Source: Candidatus Krumholzibacteriia bacterium (GTDB lineage: Bacteria; Krumholzibacteriota; Krumholzibacteriia; LZORAL124-64-63). From it: a stretch of DNA of 64,000 nucleotides. Of this stretch, positions 27,004 to 37,759 are shown in pieces. The notes below the pieces were generated by a model. The model searched no databases. It was given only the letters and a program-made list of their open reading frames with translations, and was not told the origin of the DNA. A program made the translations under genes and the position numbers. The stretch lies in contig JACZKN010000092.1 in NCBI GenBank assembly GCA_014859985.1, forward strand, positions 5,980 to 69,979, in the 5' to 3' direction. Each line of letters starts with the position of its first letter. Position 1 is the stretch's first letter.

Positions 27004-29562
27004 ATGGCCACCCCTGATGTGCGAGTCCGGCTATCGGCCGAAGGCGTCGCCGAGGTCGTGGCCTCCCTCAAGAAGGTCCAGGCCGAAAGCCAGAATACCT
27101 CGGCCAAACAGGCGCGCGGGTTCTCGGGTCTGAACCGCGTCCTGGGCTCGACTTCATCGCTTCTCGGCGGCCTCGGAGTCGCTCTCGGAGTGCGCCAGTT
27201 CCAGCAGTGGATCCAGTCTTCGGTGAACGCCGCTGACCAGATCCAGAAACTCGGTCAGAAGGTCGGCGCTTCGACCGAAAACCTCTCTGCCTTGCACCTT
27301 CTGGCCCGGACCTCCGCCTCAAGCCTCGGGGAGATGGGTGCGGCCCTCGCCAAGCAGAACAAGTTCATCGGGGATGTGGCTGAGGGTAACCCGAAGGCCG
27401 TCGCCACCTTTCGCGACTTAGGGCTGACTCTCGATGACTTGAAGGGCAAGGACTCGGTCGAGATCTTCGAGCTCCTGGCTCAGCGGATCACCGCTATGCC
27501 CTCGCCGATCCAGAAGACCAAGACCGCCATGGACATCTTCGGGCGGGCCGGGTCGAACCTCATCCCGACCATGAATGCCCTGGCGGACGAGGGCCTTGGT
27601 GGGGTCATCGAACGAGCCCGCGAACTGGGCGTCCTGATCGACACCCGCCTGGCCGAGTCCGCCCGGCAGATGAACGACGACTTCGAGCTCCTGAAGGCCC
27701 AGAGCGAAGGCCTCGGCACCCGGTTGGCCGCGGGTCTCGTGCCGCAGCTGTCCCAGGCCCTGCAGATCATGAGCGGCGACCTGAAGCAGACCACCGAGGC
27801 CTGGGAGAAGTTCGGCCAGGGCATCGGGCTCGTGCTGAAGTTCATCGTCGCGGTCGTCTCGTCCGCGTTCGACGTGGTGGGCACGGCGCTGTCGTTCGTG
27901 ATGATGCGGATCGATTCGAGCGTCAGGGCGGTCTGGGCATTGCTGCACGGCAATCTCGATGAGGCCAAGGCCTATCTCAAGACCGCGGGCGAAGCGATCA
28001 GCGCCGAGCAGAACGAACTGTTCGACCGCCTGAAGGCCCGGTTCGAACTGACGATCACCACCCCGACCGAGCCCACCGCGCGAGAGGAAGCCCCTGCGGA
28101 GGATTACTCCGAGGACCCGGCCGCGTTGGCCGCCAAACGCGCCCAGGCTCTCCAGATGACCCTCGATCGCGAGCTGGCGCTGGTCAGGTCGATGGGAGCC
28201 CTACGCAACGCCGCCGAGAAGCGGTCTTTCGAGCAGGGCCTCAAGGACGTCCGCTCCTACTACGAGGATCGCCGCCGTGCGGCTGAGGAGGAGTACGCCA
28301 AGGAGATCGCCGTCCTCGAGCAGAAGCGTGCTCTTCTTGACAGCGAAGTCGATCCGAGCCGTCGCCTGCAGGAACAGGGGAAGATCGACGCCGAACTGGC
28401 CAAAGCTCGCGCGACACAGGAAGAGCGCATCGCTGCGTTGCTGTACGAGGAGCGCGAGGCGGTCCAGAAGCTCGCCCAAGAGCGCCTTGGGCTCGAGAAG
28501 ACCCTGCTCGAAGCCCAGGGCCGCCGCCACGAAGCCGCGCTCCTGGGAATCGACGAAGAGATCCGGCGGGCCGATCTGCTGCTCAAGAAGCAGGGCGCAG
28601 CGGACGCCGAGCGCGAGGCCACGCTCGCCCGGCTGCGCAGTTCGATGGAATCCGGGGCCAACTTCGACGAGATCAAGCGCCAGGCCGAAGCCGCGCTGGC
28701 CGACCTGGACGCCACGCGCTCCGAGATCGAAGCCCGCGTCTCGGCGGGCCTGCTGTCCCAGGTCGAGGGCGAGCAGCAGATCCTGGACATCGAAGCCGAG
28801 CGCCTGACGGCCCTGCAGGCTCTCGCGGAGGCACTCGAGCAAACGGCCTGGGCTACCGGGGACCCGGAGAAGATCGCCCAGGCCAGAGGCTTCACCGAAG
28901 CGGTCCGCGACCTCGGGTTCGCGGTCGAGGGTGCCCGCGCTTCGTTCGCCGCCTTCGGCAAGACGGCGCTGGATAGTGGTCGCGACGCCCTGACCGAGTT
29001 CTTCGACACCGGGATCACCGGCGCGAAATCCCTCGGCGATGCCTTCCGAAACTTGGCCCTGTCGATCATCGCCGATCTGAAGCGCATGGCCGCCCAGCTT
29101 CTGGCCACCGCCATCATCAAGAAGATCGCCGGGGTGTTCAGCGGTGGCGGTCAGGTCGGGGGGGCGGATAAGAAAGCCACGGGCGGTGTCCTGGGCGGGC
29201 TCGGCACCGGCACGTCGGATTCCAACCTCGCTTGGTTCTCTCGCGGCGAGTACCTCGTGCGCGCCGCGGTGGTCCGCGAGCCGGGCGTCCTGCGCCACCT
29301 CGACGAACTGAACCGCCGCGGATCACAGGCCTTGGTCCCGACTCCTGTCCTTATCGAATCCCCCGTGCCTCGCTTCGCCGAGGGCGGCCTGGTCGATGGG
29401 CCCGCAGCCACGGACCCGCAGGCCTCCAACGACAGTCAACTGCTGATCGGCCTGGAGGATGGGCTGATCCTCCGCCACCTGGAAAGCCCCGCCGGCCAGC
29501 GCATCCTGGTCAAGGCCATGGCCAAGAACCGCCGCGCGATCCGCTCGGCCCTGGGGACGTGA
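27004..29562 (+). CDS. tail tape measure protein
   Basis: 852 aa, Ala/Glu/Arg/Leu-rich coiled coil, canonical position. Confidence 0.75.
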   Translation: MATPDVRVRLSAEGVAEVVASLKKVQAESQNTSAKQARGFSGLNRVLGSTSSLLGGLGVALGVRQFQQWIQSSVNAADQIQKLGQKVGASTENLSALHLLARTSASSLGEMGAALAKQNKFIGDVAEGNPKAVATFRDLGLTLDDLKGKDSVEIFELLAQRITAMPSPIQKTKTAMDIFGRAGSNLIPTMNALADEGLGGVIERARELGVLIDTRLAESARQMNDDFELLKAQSEGLGTRLAAGLVPQLSQALQIMSGDLKQTTEAWEKFGQGIGLVLKFIVAVVSSAFDVVGTALSFVMMRIDSSVRAVWALLHGNLDEAKAYLKTAGEAISAEQNELFDRLKARFELTITTPTEPTAREEAPAEDYSEDPAALAAKRAQALQMTLDRELALVRSMGALRNAAEKRSFEQGLKDVRSYYEDRRRAAEEEYAKEIAVLEQKRALLDSEVDPSRRLQEQGKIDAELAKARATQEERIAALLYEEREAVQKLAQERLGLEKTLLEAQGRRHEAALLGIDEEIRRADLLLKKQGAADAEREATLARLRSSMESGANFDEIKRQAEAALADLDATRSEIEARVSAGLLSQVEGEQQILDIEAERLTALQALAEALEQTAWATGDPEKIAQARGFTEAVRDLGFAVEGARASFAAFGKTALDSGRDALTEFFDTGITGAKSLGDAFRNLALSIIADLKRMAAQLLATAIIKKIAGVFSGGGQVGGADKKATGGVLGGLGTGTSDSNLAWFSRGEYLVRAAVVREPGVLRHLDELNRRGSQALVPTPVLIESPVPRFAEGGLVDGPAATDPQASNDSQLLIGLEDGLILRHLESPAGQRILVKAMAKNRRAIRSALGT

Positions 29563-29565
29563 GCC

Positions 29566-31203
29566 ATGTTCGCCACCGGAACCGCCACCGACTACAACGA
29601 CCTGGCCGAGCGGCTGAACACCTTCCTGACCGCGAAGGGGTCGGCCTTCGGGCTCACCTATGCAGGGACCGGAGACGGAAGCCTGACTGGCTACTCCGGC
29701 GGTGTGTCGTCTGTCGCTGAGACGTTCACCATCACCGCGACTTCCCCTACGTCCTTCGACGTGGTCGGCACGGTGACCGGATCGATCGGCCCTGCCACCG
29801 TCGGCACCCCGTTCGCCCACACCAACCTGGAGTTCCTGATCACGGCTGGAGCGACCCCCTTCGTTGCCGGTGATCAGTTCGTCCTGTCGACCGCCCCCAA
29901 ATGGACCAGCCTGCGCCGGTCGCGCGGCTGCCGGCTCGAGGCCACCCAGGGCAACGAGGGCGCTTACGCCGTCCAGAACCTGGTCGACGGCAAGCTCAAC
30001 ATCTGGCCGTTCAACATCTCCAGCCTGACGAGCCGCTCCTGGAACATCTACACGACGGTAACGCTGCCCCAAGAGGTGGAGATCACCTTCTTCGAGCCGG
30101 TGACGATCGCCGCCTATGAGCTGACGCTCCACGACACCTCAGGCCAGGCCCCCAACTACTGGGAGATGCAGTACTGGGATGGCGGCGCCTGGGTGGCCCT
30201 CGACACCCAGATGGGGATCATCTTCTACAACGGGATTCCGCAGACCTTCACCATCGCATCGCCGGTGTCCGCGACCCGCTACCGGTGGCACATCACCAGC
30301 CTGCGCTACAGCCAGCTGCACATGGGAACCCTGCGCATGTTCAGGCAGGCGGACGGGGTCGACGCCTGCTTCCACGAGTACGCCTGGAAGGCCCCGGGCA
30401 ATGACGGCAACTCGGAGATCTACGTCGGGATCCACGGCTTCGAGCGGCAGGACGCCGACTATTTCGACTGGGAAATCGTCGGCATGGACGGCTGGCTCTC
30501 CGGGTCCAGCTTCTACCAGCAGGCCGGAATTCAGGGGAACCTCTACCTGCCGCTCTGGAACGCCGCCATCCCCTACTGGTTCGTCTGCGACGGCCGCCAC
30601 GCCGTGGTGATCGCCAAGATCTCCACCCAGTACGAGATCGCGGTCTTCGGCCTGCTCGACCCCTACTACTCCCCGGGCCAGTGGCCCTATCCGCTGGTCC
30701 TGGGCGGATCAATGTCCCACGGGGAGTTCTCCAGCTGGGACGACACCGACTACAGGTGGTCGGTGACGGACAATCGCCACCGTATCCCGACGCATGCCGA
30801 CACGGGCAACGCTCCGGTGGGCAGCGGTGAGCGCGACCCCTGGGACACCCAGCTGCGCGTCCGGAACCTCGATGGCGGCTGGAAGGCCGTCGAGGGAGCG
30901 CAACTCGACGCCATCACCTCCACACCGCAGATCTACCAACACATCATCTGGCCGACGCGGTGCGGCCTGTCCCAGCTCGACCCCGGTCCCGGGGCCACCT
31001 ATGACCTGTGGCCCGTGATGCTCATGCTCGGAGACCTCGGCAACGGCTACAACACGCCGGGCCAGTTGCCGGGCCTGGCCCTGGTCACCGGGCAGGACCT
31101 GAGCGCCGAGACCCTGATCCGCCAGGGCGCGGTCGACTGGATCGTCATCCCCAACGTCTTCCGCAACGACCGCGACGACTTCTGCGCCGTGAGGTTGGAC
31201 TAA
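29566..31203 (+). CDS. tail protein (distal tail/fibre-like)
   Basis: 545 aa after TMP. Confidence 0.45.
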   Translation: MFATGTATDYNDLAERLNTFLTAKGSAFGLTYAGTGDGSLTGYSGGVSSVAETFTITATSPTSFDVVGTVTGSIGPATVGTPFAHTNLEFLITAGATPFVAGDQFVLSTAPKWTSLRRSRGCRLEATQGNEGAYAVQNLVDGKLNIWPFNISSLTSRSWNIYTTVTLPQEVEITFFEPVTIAAYELTLHDTSGQAPNYWEMQYWDGGAWVALDTQMGIIFYNGIPQTFTIASPVSATRYRWHITSLRYSQLHMGTLRMFRQADGVDACFHEYAWKAPGNDGNSEIYVGIHGFERQDADYFDWEIVGMDGWLSGSSFYQQAGIQGNLYLPLWNAAIPYWFVCDGRHAVVIAKISTQYEIAVFGLLDPYYSPGQWPYPLVLGGSMSHGEFSSWDDTDYRWSVTDNRHRIPTHADTGNAPVGSGERDPWDTQLRVRNLDGGWKAVEGAQLDAITSTPQIYQHIIWPTRCGLSQLDPGPGATYDLWPVMLMLGDLGNGYNTPGQLPGLALVTGQDLSAETLIRQGAVDWIVIPNVFRNDRDDFCAVRLD

Positions 31204-32276
31204 TGGCCGCTTCCTACCAGACCGGAATCAGCAGCTCGCCCACGAACCTCCTGCAGACGCTGGTGGCCTGGCTCTCTGCCCAAGGCTGGACCGTGAACCA
31301 GTCCGAACAGGAAGGCACCGGTTGGCGGTCCCACCTGGTGAAGTCCGGCAGCCTGAACCTGAACCTCCGCGCCGCGGAGGACGAACGGCTCTGGACCAGA
31401 GGCATCAGCAGCTACCACGACCTGGGCGATGGCGGCTACGGGATCGGCCTGTACCTGGGAACCGGCTGGGACGGGGAGGAATTCTGGGACGCCCAACCGG
31501 GTGGCCCCATGCGGCCCTACGATCTGACCACGTCCGGCTGCGGCATGAACCTGCCCCAAGGACAGATCTCGGCCTACCACTTCTTCGACGACGGCAACGA
31601 CCACATCACCGTCGTCGTGGAGCGCGCGGCGGGGATCTTCTGCCACATGGGGTGGGGCCCGTCCCTTGAGCGGGCGACCTTGCCCGAACCGTTCCCCTAC
31701 TTCTACGCGAGCTCGAGCACGAAGCTCAACACCGCCGAAACCTCGGATCTGCTCTCCGGTAACCGGCACGGGATCGATCTGACCGCCTTTCCGCCCATGT
31801 CCCACACGGACGAGGACTACTCGACCATGGGCGGGTCGACGGCGCTGACCCATTGCACGGCATTCGTTCGCGTGGACGCCGCGTCCTTCTCTGGCCGCTG
31901 GGTCGGCGACTGCAAGGATGAGAACGAGGGTTACGGCTGGACCGGCCGCCGCATGCGCGACGCCCTGAACAAGTGTCTGGCCGCCCAGGGCGGCATGGAA
32001 GAGGACGAGTACGTCAACTACCAGTACCTGTGGGACGACGGCTCGGGCGGACCCGGGGAGAGGACGCTGCAGAGCGCATTCGGCGGTGCGCTGATGCTCC
32101 CCTTGCACTGCTTCGTGGAGACCGTTCCTCAGGGTCGCTGGGCCCCGATCGGCTATCCGCCCACTGTGTTCTGGACCGAAGCCGTAGGCCACGGCTACAG
32201 CGCTGGCGACATCTACCAGTTGGGCGGCCAGGACTACATGCTGTTCCCGTTCTTCGCCGTCAGGAAGGCCGCCTGA
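31203..32276 (+). CDS. tail protein, paralogue of the C-terminal region of the preceding gene
   Basis: Shared H..VV...A.I..HMGWG / PYWFVCDGRHAVVIAK-type segments; TAATG overlap. Confidence 0.4.
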   Translation: MAASYQTGISSSPTNLLQTLVAWLSAQGWTVNQSEQEGTGWRSHLVKSGSLNLNLRAAEDERLWTRGISSYHDLGDGGYGIGLYLGTGWDGEEFWDAQPGGPMRPYDLTTSGCGMNLPQGQISAYHFFDDGNDHITVVVERAAGIFCHMGWGPSLERATLPEPFPYFYASSSTKLNTAETSDLLSGNRHGIDLTAFPPMSHTDEDYSTMGGSTALTHCTAFVRVDAASFSGRWVGDCKDENEGYGWTGRRMRDALNKCLAAQGGMEEDEYVNYQYLWDDGSGGPGERTLQSAFGGALMLPLHCFVETVPQGRWAPIGYPPTVFWTEAVGHGYSAGDIYQLGGQDYMLFPFFAVRKAA

Positions 32277-33352
32277 TGGCCACCGCGGTCGTTATCCCTG
32301 GTCCGTTGAACCTCATCTCTGGGACCGACTATTCGGTCGATCTGGCGACAGCCGTCCTCGATCCTGTAAGCACGCGTCCTCTGCATGTCGTCGGCATGAA
32401 CGCCGGCGTTCGCACGGTGCTGGCCGATCCGCGCCCTGCGGCATTCCAAAAGGACGGCGGCGTCGCCCCGGTCCATGGCCTCGCGGTGCTCGGCCGCGTC
32501 CATGTGATCCCACGCAGGTTCGACCTCGGCGCGGTGGTATCAGAGCAGGAAGCCGAAGTCGAGGTCTGGAACGCCGACATCTATCGTGCCCAGGTCCTTG
32601 AGGAGATCACCGTTGACGGCCCCACCGGGATCGAGGTCGAGGACCCCATCGGCCTGCCGGCCCACTTCCCCGCCTCCGATTCCCAGGTCTACATGGTCAG
32701 GGCGCTGACCGACGGCGATGCCCTGATCGACAACCTCGTCACCTGGGAGTTCACAGGGCTAGACCCGTTGGGGACCAACCTCCGGGTGCTGGGGTTCCGG
32801 CTGATCCCATTCCCGTTCCCGCCGAACTGGGCGCAGCCCGTGACCGAGACGTTCGGGTTCATGACCGACATCATCGTCTCTTACCGGGGCATGGAGCAGC
32901 GCATCCAGTTGCGCACGGTCCCCGTGGGCACGATCCGCTACGCGACGCTGCTGGATGACCTGCGGGATGCCCAGATGGCTGGCGCGATCCTCTTCGGCAA
33001 CCAAGCTCGGGCGTTTGGTGTCGGCCGTTGGCAATTCCAGACCCGACTGCTGCAGAACGCCAGCGCGGACGACCACGAGGTCTTCTGCGACACGTCCGAC
33101 ATCCCGTTCGAGCCCGGCGGCATGGTCCTGCTGTGGACCGACCCCTACCACTGGGAAGTCCAGACCATCGAGAGCGTTCTTTCGGACCGCGTGGTTCTCA
33201 GCTTCGGGCTCATCCAATCCTGGGCTGCAGGTCCTACCATCGTCCTGCCGATCGTGGTCGGCCGGTTGTCGGCCGAAGAGGGCTTCACCTGGGATTCCCT
33301 GTCGATCGCGTCCACTTCGCTCACCTTCGACGTCGACGGGTTCCGGCCATGA
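32276..33352 (+). CDS. minor tail protein
   Basis: Position; TGATG overlap. Confidence 0.4.
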   Translation: MATAVVIPGPLNLISGTDYSVDLATAVLDPVSTRPLHVVGMNAGVRTVLADPRPAAFQKDGGVAPVHGLAVLGRVHVIPRRFDLGAVVSEQEAEVEVWNADIYRAQVLEEITVDGPTGIEVEDPIGLPAHFPASDSQVYMVRALTDGDALIDNLVTWEFTGLDPLGTNLRVLGFRLIPFPFPPNWAQPVTETFGFMTDIIVSYRGMEQRIQLRTVPVGTIRYATLLDDLRDAQMAGAILFGNQARAFGVGRWQFQTRLLQNASADDHEVFCDTSDIPFEPGGMVLLWTDPYHWEVQTIESVLSDRVVLSFGLIQSWAAGPTIVLPIVVGRLSAEEGFTWDSLSIASTSLTFDVDGFRP

Positions 33353-33969
33353 GTTACCTCGGCTACGACGTCCTCGAGCTCAACTACAACCGCATCGGCG
33401 CGTTCGAGGAGCGGCTGCACCGGAAGTTCACGCTCCTAAACTCGAAGACCGGCCGGCGCGTCGCCGACGAACAGGCACCAGCCCCCGCGGCTTCGCGACC
33501 GTTCACCTGGACCGCCTTTGGCCGTGACGAGATCACAGCTATGCGCACTTTCCTCGACGCCCGCCGAGGCCGCGCGGTGCCGTTCTGGCTGCCCAGCTTC
33601 CAGTGGGACCTCGCCCTGTCCGAGGATGTCTCCCAGAACCAGTCCAGCGCCACCATCTGGTGGATCAGGTACAAGCAGCAGATGTGGGGCACGACCGCGG
33701 CCCGGCGTCACCTGGCGATCTGGTCCCTGGGTGACGGCACCATGGACTACTGCAGGATCGTCGATGCTGTCGATGTGGCGAACTATCAGACCGAAACGCT
33801 CACGCTCGACTCGGTGGCCCAGCGTGAATACTCGCGCACCAAGACGGTGCTGTCGTTCCTGAAGTTCTGCCGCCTGGACGAGGATCGCATCGAGATCTCC
33901 TACCCGAGCCCTCAGGTGGCCGAGGCCACGATCCGGGTCCGTGAACTCCCCCTGGAGGCCCCGCTGTGA
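33349..33969 (+). CDS. minor tail protein
   Basis: ATGA overlap both sides. Confidence 0.4.
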   Translation: MSYLGYDVLELNYNRIGAFEERLHRKFTLLNSKTGRRVADEQAPAPAASRPFTWTAFGRDEITAMRTFLDARRGRAVPFWLPSFQWDLALSEDVSQNQSSATIWWIRYKQQMWGTTAARRHLAIWSLGDGTMDYCRIVDAVDVANYQTETLTLDSVAQREYSRTKTVLSFLKFCRLDEDRIEISYPSPQVAEATIRVRELPLEAPL

Positions 33970-34766
33970 CCTACGACGTCCGCGAAAAGAGCCGGTACCT
34001 GGGCCAGCCCGTCGAGGGCTTCCGGTTCGCCCAAGGCAGCAACCTGTGGCTCTATACGTCGGCGGATCGGGCGATTACGCTGCCCGCTGGAGTGTTCGCG
34101 CCGGAAGCCATCACGCGCAGCGAGCTCGACTTCTCCCAGGAGGACACCGGCGAGACGATCGACCTGACGCTGCCGCGTCCGAGCCCGGTGGCCGCGCTGT
34201 TCATCGGAGACCTGCCATCCACTCCGGTCTGGGTGACGGTCTACCGCGCCCACCGCGGCGAAGAGTCGCTTGCCGTGACGATCTTCAGCGGCAAGGTGAT
34301 CCGCGCCCGCTTCGAGGAATCCGAAGCCATCCTCACCGGGGCGAGCCTGATGGCCATGCTATCCCGCACGGTGCCGATCCTGGCCATGCAGACCCCGTGC
34401 AACCACGTCCTCTACTCGGGAGCGTGCGGCGCTGACCCGGGCGTTTACCGTGATCAGGTTTCCGCCACGTCGGTGACCGGCGCGACCGTCGTCTCCAACG
34501 GGTTCGCTCTGCGCCCTGATCAGTGGTTCCGTGGGGGCCGTCTCGAATCCTCCACCGGCGAGACCCGCTTCATCGTCGACCACCAAGGCGACACCGTCAC
34601 GCTGATCTCCCCGATCCCAGGGCTGTCCTCTCTGGACCAGGTCTGGGCCTACTGGGGCTGCGACCATCTCGAGGCCACCTGCCGCGACAAGTTCAGCAAC
34701 CTGATCAACCACCTGGGCTGGTCGCGCCTGCCGGGCCGGAACCCATTCTCCGGGAGGATCGACTGA
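33966..34766 (+). CDS. gpL-like tail tip protein with C-terminal Cys motif (CNHVLYSGACG...C...C)
   Basis: Four Cys cluster then NLINHLGWSRLPGRNPF tail; immediately before the gpJ-like gene. Confidence 0.45.
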   Translation: MTYDVREKSRYLGQPVEGFRFAQGSNLWLYTSADRAITLPAGVFAPEAITRSELDFSQEDTGETIDLTLPRPSPVAALFIGDLPSTPVWVTVYRAHRGEESLAVTIFSGKVIRARFEESEAILTGASLMAMLSRTVPILAMQTPCNHVLYSGACGADPGVYRDQVSATSVTGATVVSNGFALRPDQWFRGGRLESSTGETRFIVDHQGDTVTLISPIPGLSSLDQVWAYWGCDHLEATCRDKFSNLINHLGWSRLPGRNPFSGRID

Positions 34767-37216
34767 TGGCCTTCTGGATCATGGCCCTGGTCTACATCGT
34801 CGGCACGGTGCTCTACGAAGTCCTTCGCCCCAAGCCGAAGTTCGACGCTCCGACACCGTCGAGCCTGGGCGACTTCCAGTTCCCGACGATCGGCGAGGGC
34901 CGGACCATTCCCGTCGTCTGGGGGACCTGCAAGCTCTCCGGACCCATGGTGACCTGGTACGGCGATCTGCGCATCCAGGCCATCAAGGAGAAGGTCAAGA
35001 CCGGGCTGTTCTCCTCAAAGGAAATCACCACCGGCTACAAGTACTACCTCGGCATCCAGCTGGTACTATGCAGTGGTGAGATCGACGAGGTCCTGCAGAT
35101 CCGGTTCGACGACAGGCGGCCTTCTGCAGGCTACGCCCACGTTCCGGATCTCACCCAGATCAGCATCAACGCCCCTGGCTTCTTCGGCGGCGAGGACTCC
35201 GAAGGCGGCGTCAAAGGCAGCGTCTACGTCTACCGCGGGACTCCCACCCAGCCGGCGGACTCCTACCTCGAGGCCCGTATCGGGGAGAGCCTGCCCGCCT
35301 GGCGAAGGGTCTGCTACGCCGTATTCCGGCGCGTCTACGTGGGGACGAGCCCCTACATCAAGGCCGTCTCGTTCGTCGTCCGGCGCTGCCCCAATGGCCT
35401 CGGTCTCACCGGCGGAGCCCACAACATCGATGGCGACGCCAATCCCGCAGCCATGATCTACGACATCCTGATCTCGCCGTCTTCGGAGAACGGTCTCGGG
35501 TTGCCGGTGGGGTTTCTGGATGTTGCCGCGTTTCGCTCGGTTGGACAGACGCTGGCCGACGAAGGCCTCGGACTTTCCATGCTCCAGGATCGCGGCACAA
35601 CAGCGAAGGACCTCGTCCTTGAGATCCTGCGCCACGTCGACGGCGTCATGTACGTGGAACCGGCGTCCGGCCTTCTGACGATCCGCCTGGTCCGGTACGA
35701 CTACGATCCCGAGGCGATCCCGGTGCTCGATGCGGACTCGTGCACGGTAAAGTCGTTTGCCCGGCCGTCGTGGGGTGACCTCAAGAACACCGTGCGAATC
35801 GGCTACGTCAGCCGTGACGCCGGGTTCATCGAGAAGACCGCCCAGGCCCAGGACCTCGCTGGGATCGAGGTGCAAGGCGGCGAGGTCTCACTCCAGGATC
35901 TCACCCTTCGTGGGCTCTCGAATGCGACGTCTGCCCAGCAGGCCGCAGCCCGTGCCCTGGCGGCTCTGGCCTATCCGCTGGCTACGATCACCATCGAGGC
36001 TGACCGCTCGGCTTGGGCGTTCCGGCCCGGGGCGGTATTCAAACTCGTCTGGGACCCGCTGGGGATTGCCGGTATGGCTTGCCGGGTGGTCCGTGTGGGG
36101 ACTGGCCGCCTCGACTCCGGGAAGATCGAGATCGAAGCCATGGAGGATATCTTCGCCGTGGACTGGACTGGCTACTCGACTCCGCCAGCGTCCGGTTGGG
36201 AAGACCCTTCCGGTGACGTCCCGGCACTGACCGACCAAGTTGCCCTGGCCGCACCCTATGAGGCGGTGAAGGATTACGGAAGCCTAGGTGCCGATGTGCA
36301 ACTGGCCATCACGCTCGCCGCTGCTGGGGTGACCGGGGTCTCCCTCGGATACCGGGCCTATGTGGCTGACGGCGCGGGCGGCTGGGCGCCACCGGTCGAT
36401 ATCCCGTTCTTCACTCCATCAGGGGTTCTCAGCACTGCGATCGACGAACTCACGAGCGAGATCGTCGTCGCCTCGGGTCTGGACACCGACCTCGTCGAGT
36501 CGGTCAGCGCGCCCGACTTTTCCCTCGGGGTGAGCGTCGCATGGGTGGCCCATGAGGGGGTGGAGGAGTTCATCGCGTTCCAGAACGTAGTGCAGGGCGA
36601 GAGCAACATCACGCTTCAGGTCATCGCGCGGGGGTGCCTCGATACTGCGCCGACTGCATTCTCGGCCGGGACGCGGGTGTGGTTCATCTCCTACGGCAAC
36701 CAGATCGTGAACATCCGCGGGCCGGTGCCTCCGACCATCAACGTCTACAACGACATCCGATTTCAGGCCTACAACAACCAGAGCGAGTTTCCGTTCACGT
36801 CGTGCCCGACATCGCAAGTCGTGGCGACCACGCCAGCGCGGTCAGTAAAGGTCTATTGCCCTACCGACCTGCGCTTCAACGGAGAGAGCTACCCGGCGTC
36901 CATCACGGGCGAACTGACAGTATCCTGGTCGCACCGGAATCGGCTCGGGACCTGGAGCTATGTCGACTCCGGCAAGACGACGTCATCCGAGCCGGGCACA
37001 GAATACGACGTCCTGGTCTACGGGGAGCTCGGCACGCTGGTTCACACCGAGTCGGGATTGACGGGCACGTCCTGGACCTACCTCGAGGCGACGGAGATCG
37101 CGGAGTCGGGGCTCGCGCGACTCAACGACCATCTGCGGGTGATCATTCGGACATACGGGGCGGGACGGACTCATGAGGCGATTCGCGAGATCGAGTGGAA
37201 TGTTGAACGTAACTGA
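34766..37216 (+). CDS. tail tip/host-specificity protein (gpJ-like)
   Basis: 897 aa, last gene of tail module. Confidence 0.55.
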   Translation: MAFWIMALVYIVGTVLYEVLRPKPKFDAPTPSSLGDFQFPTIGEGRTIPVVWGTCKLSGPMVTWYGDLRIQAIKEKVKTGLFSSKEITTGYKYYLGIQLVLCSGEIDEVLQIRFDDRRPSAGYAHVPDLTQISINAPGFFGGEDSEGGVKGSVYVYRGTPTQPADSYLEARIGESLPAWRRVCYAVFRRVYVGTSPYIKAVSFVVRRCPNGLGLTGGAHNIDGDANPAAMIYDILISPSSENGLGLPVGFLDVAAFRSVGQTLADEGLGLSMLQDRGTTAKDLVLEILRHVDGVMYVEPASGLLTIRLVRYDYDPEAIPVLDADSCTVKSFARPSWGDLKNTVRIGYVSRDAGFIEKTAQAQDLAGIEVQGGEVSLQDLTLRGLSNATSAQQAAARALAALAYPLATITIEADRSAWAFRPGAVFKLVWDPLGIAGMACRVVRVGTGRLDSGKIEIEAMEDIFAVDWTGYSTPPASGWEDPSGDVPALTDQVALAAPYEAVKDYGSLGADVQLAITLAAAGVTGVSLGYRAYVADGAGGWAPPVDIPFFTPSGVLSTAIDELTSEIVVASGLDTDLVESVSAPDFSLGVSVAWVAHEGVEEFIAFQNVVQGESNITLQVIARGCLDTAPTAFSAGTRVWFISYGNQIVNIRGPVPPTINVYNDIRFQAYNNQSEFPFTSCPTSQVVATTPARSVKVYCPTDLRFNGESYPASITGELTVSWSHRNRLGTWSYVDSGKTTSSEPGTEYDVLVYGELGTLVHTESGLTGTSWTYLEATEIAESGLARLNDHLRVIIRTYGAGRTHEAIREIEWNVERN

Positions 37217-37315
37217 TCAATGGAGATTGGGAACTAATATTGCCCGGCGATGTCCAAGCGGCCGTAACTGTTCGGAAAGACGAGCTTGCGAATTATAAGA
37301 CAGAAGGTATCTTGA

Positions 37316-37666
37316 TTGCCTATGGGCATTATGAAAACAGTTCTGATTGCGACTCTCTGGTCGCTCCTCCTGGCGCCGACGGCATGCCTTGCCGGCGCTC
37401 TGGACCATTTCTGCCCTTCCTGTCCAGAGACACCCTGCGAACACGAAGTTCATTGTTCGAGTGACCCCTGCAACATCACCGTGGTCCCCCTGCCCGACAG
37501 CCGGTGCAAAGGTGATTTGTCTTTGGACATAGATGCCAGCGTCCACGCTCTCGTCGAATTCGGCGGAATCGCCTCGACGCCTGGTGACGCTGCGCCCTTT
37601 GTGGCTGACCCGTGCGTCTCGCTTCCGCTGCCCCTGCCCTCCGGCTTTCCGCCTCTCCGCTGCTAG
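37316..37666 (+). CDS. small Cys/His-rich secreted protein (possible periplasmic metal-binding)
   Basis: Signal peptide MKTVLIATLWSLLLAPTACLAGA; CPSCPETPCEHEVHCSSDPC; TTG start in track, ATG at 37322/37331 also possible. Confidence 0.4.
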   Translation: MPMGIMKTVLIATLWSLLLAPTACLAGALDHFCPSCPETPCEHEVHCSSDPCNITVVPLPDSRCKGDLSLDIDASVHALVEFGGIASTPGDAAPFVADPCVSLPLPLPSGFPPLRC

Positions 37667-37759
37667 CCTCACCGCTGAAGACAACCCTGGATGATTCGTC
37701 GGGCCGATTCGTCGTGCCACGTCTTTAGGCTGCGCTGATCTCGGAAAAGGATTCAAACC

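Noticed and set aside
28201-29298. 365-aa and 286-aa minus-strand ORFs
   Set aside because: Antisense to the tape measure gene; Ala/Arg-rich mirror of the coiled-coil coding strand.
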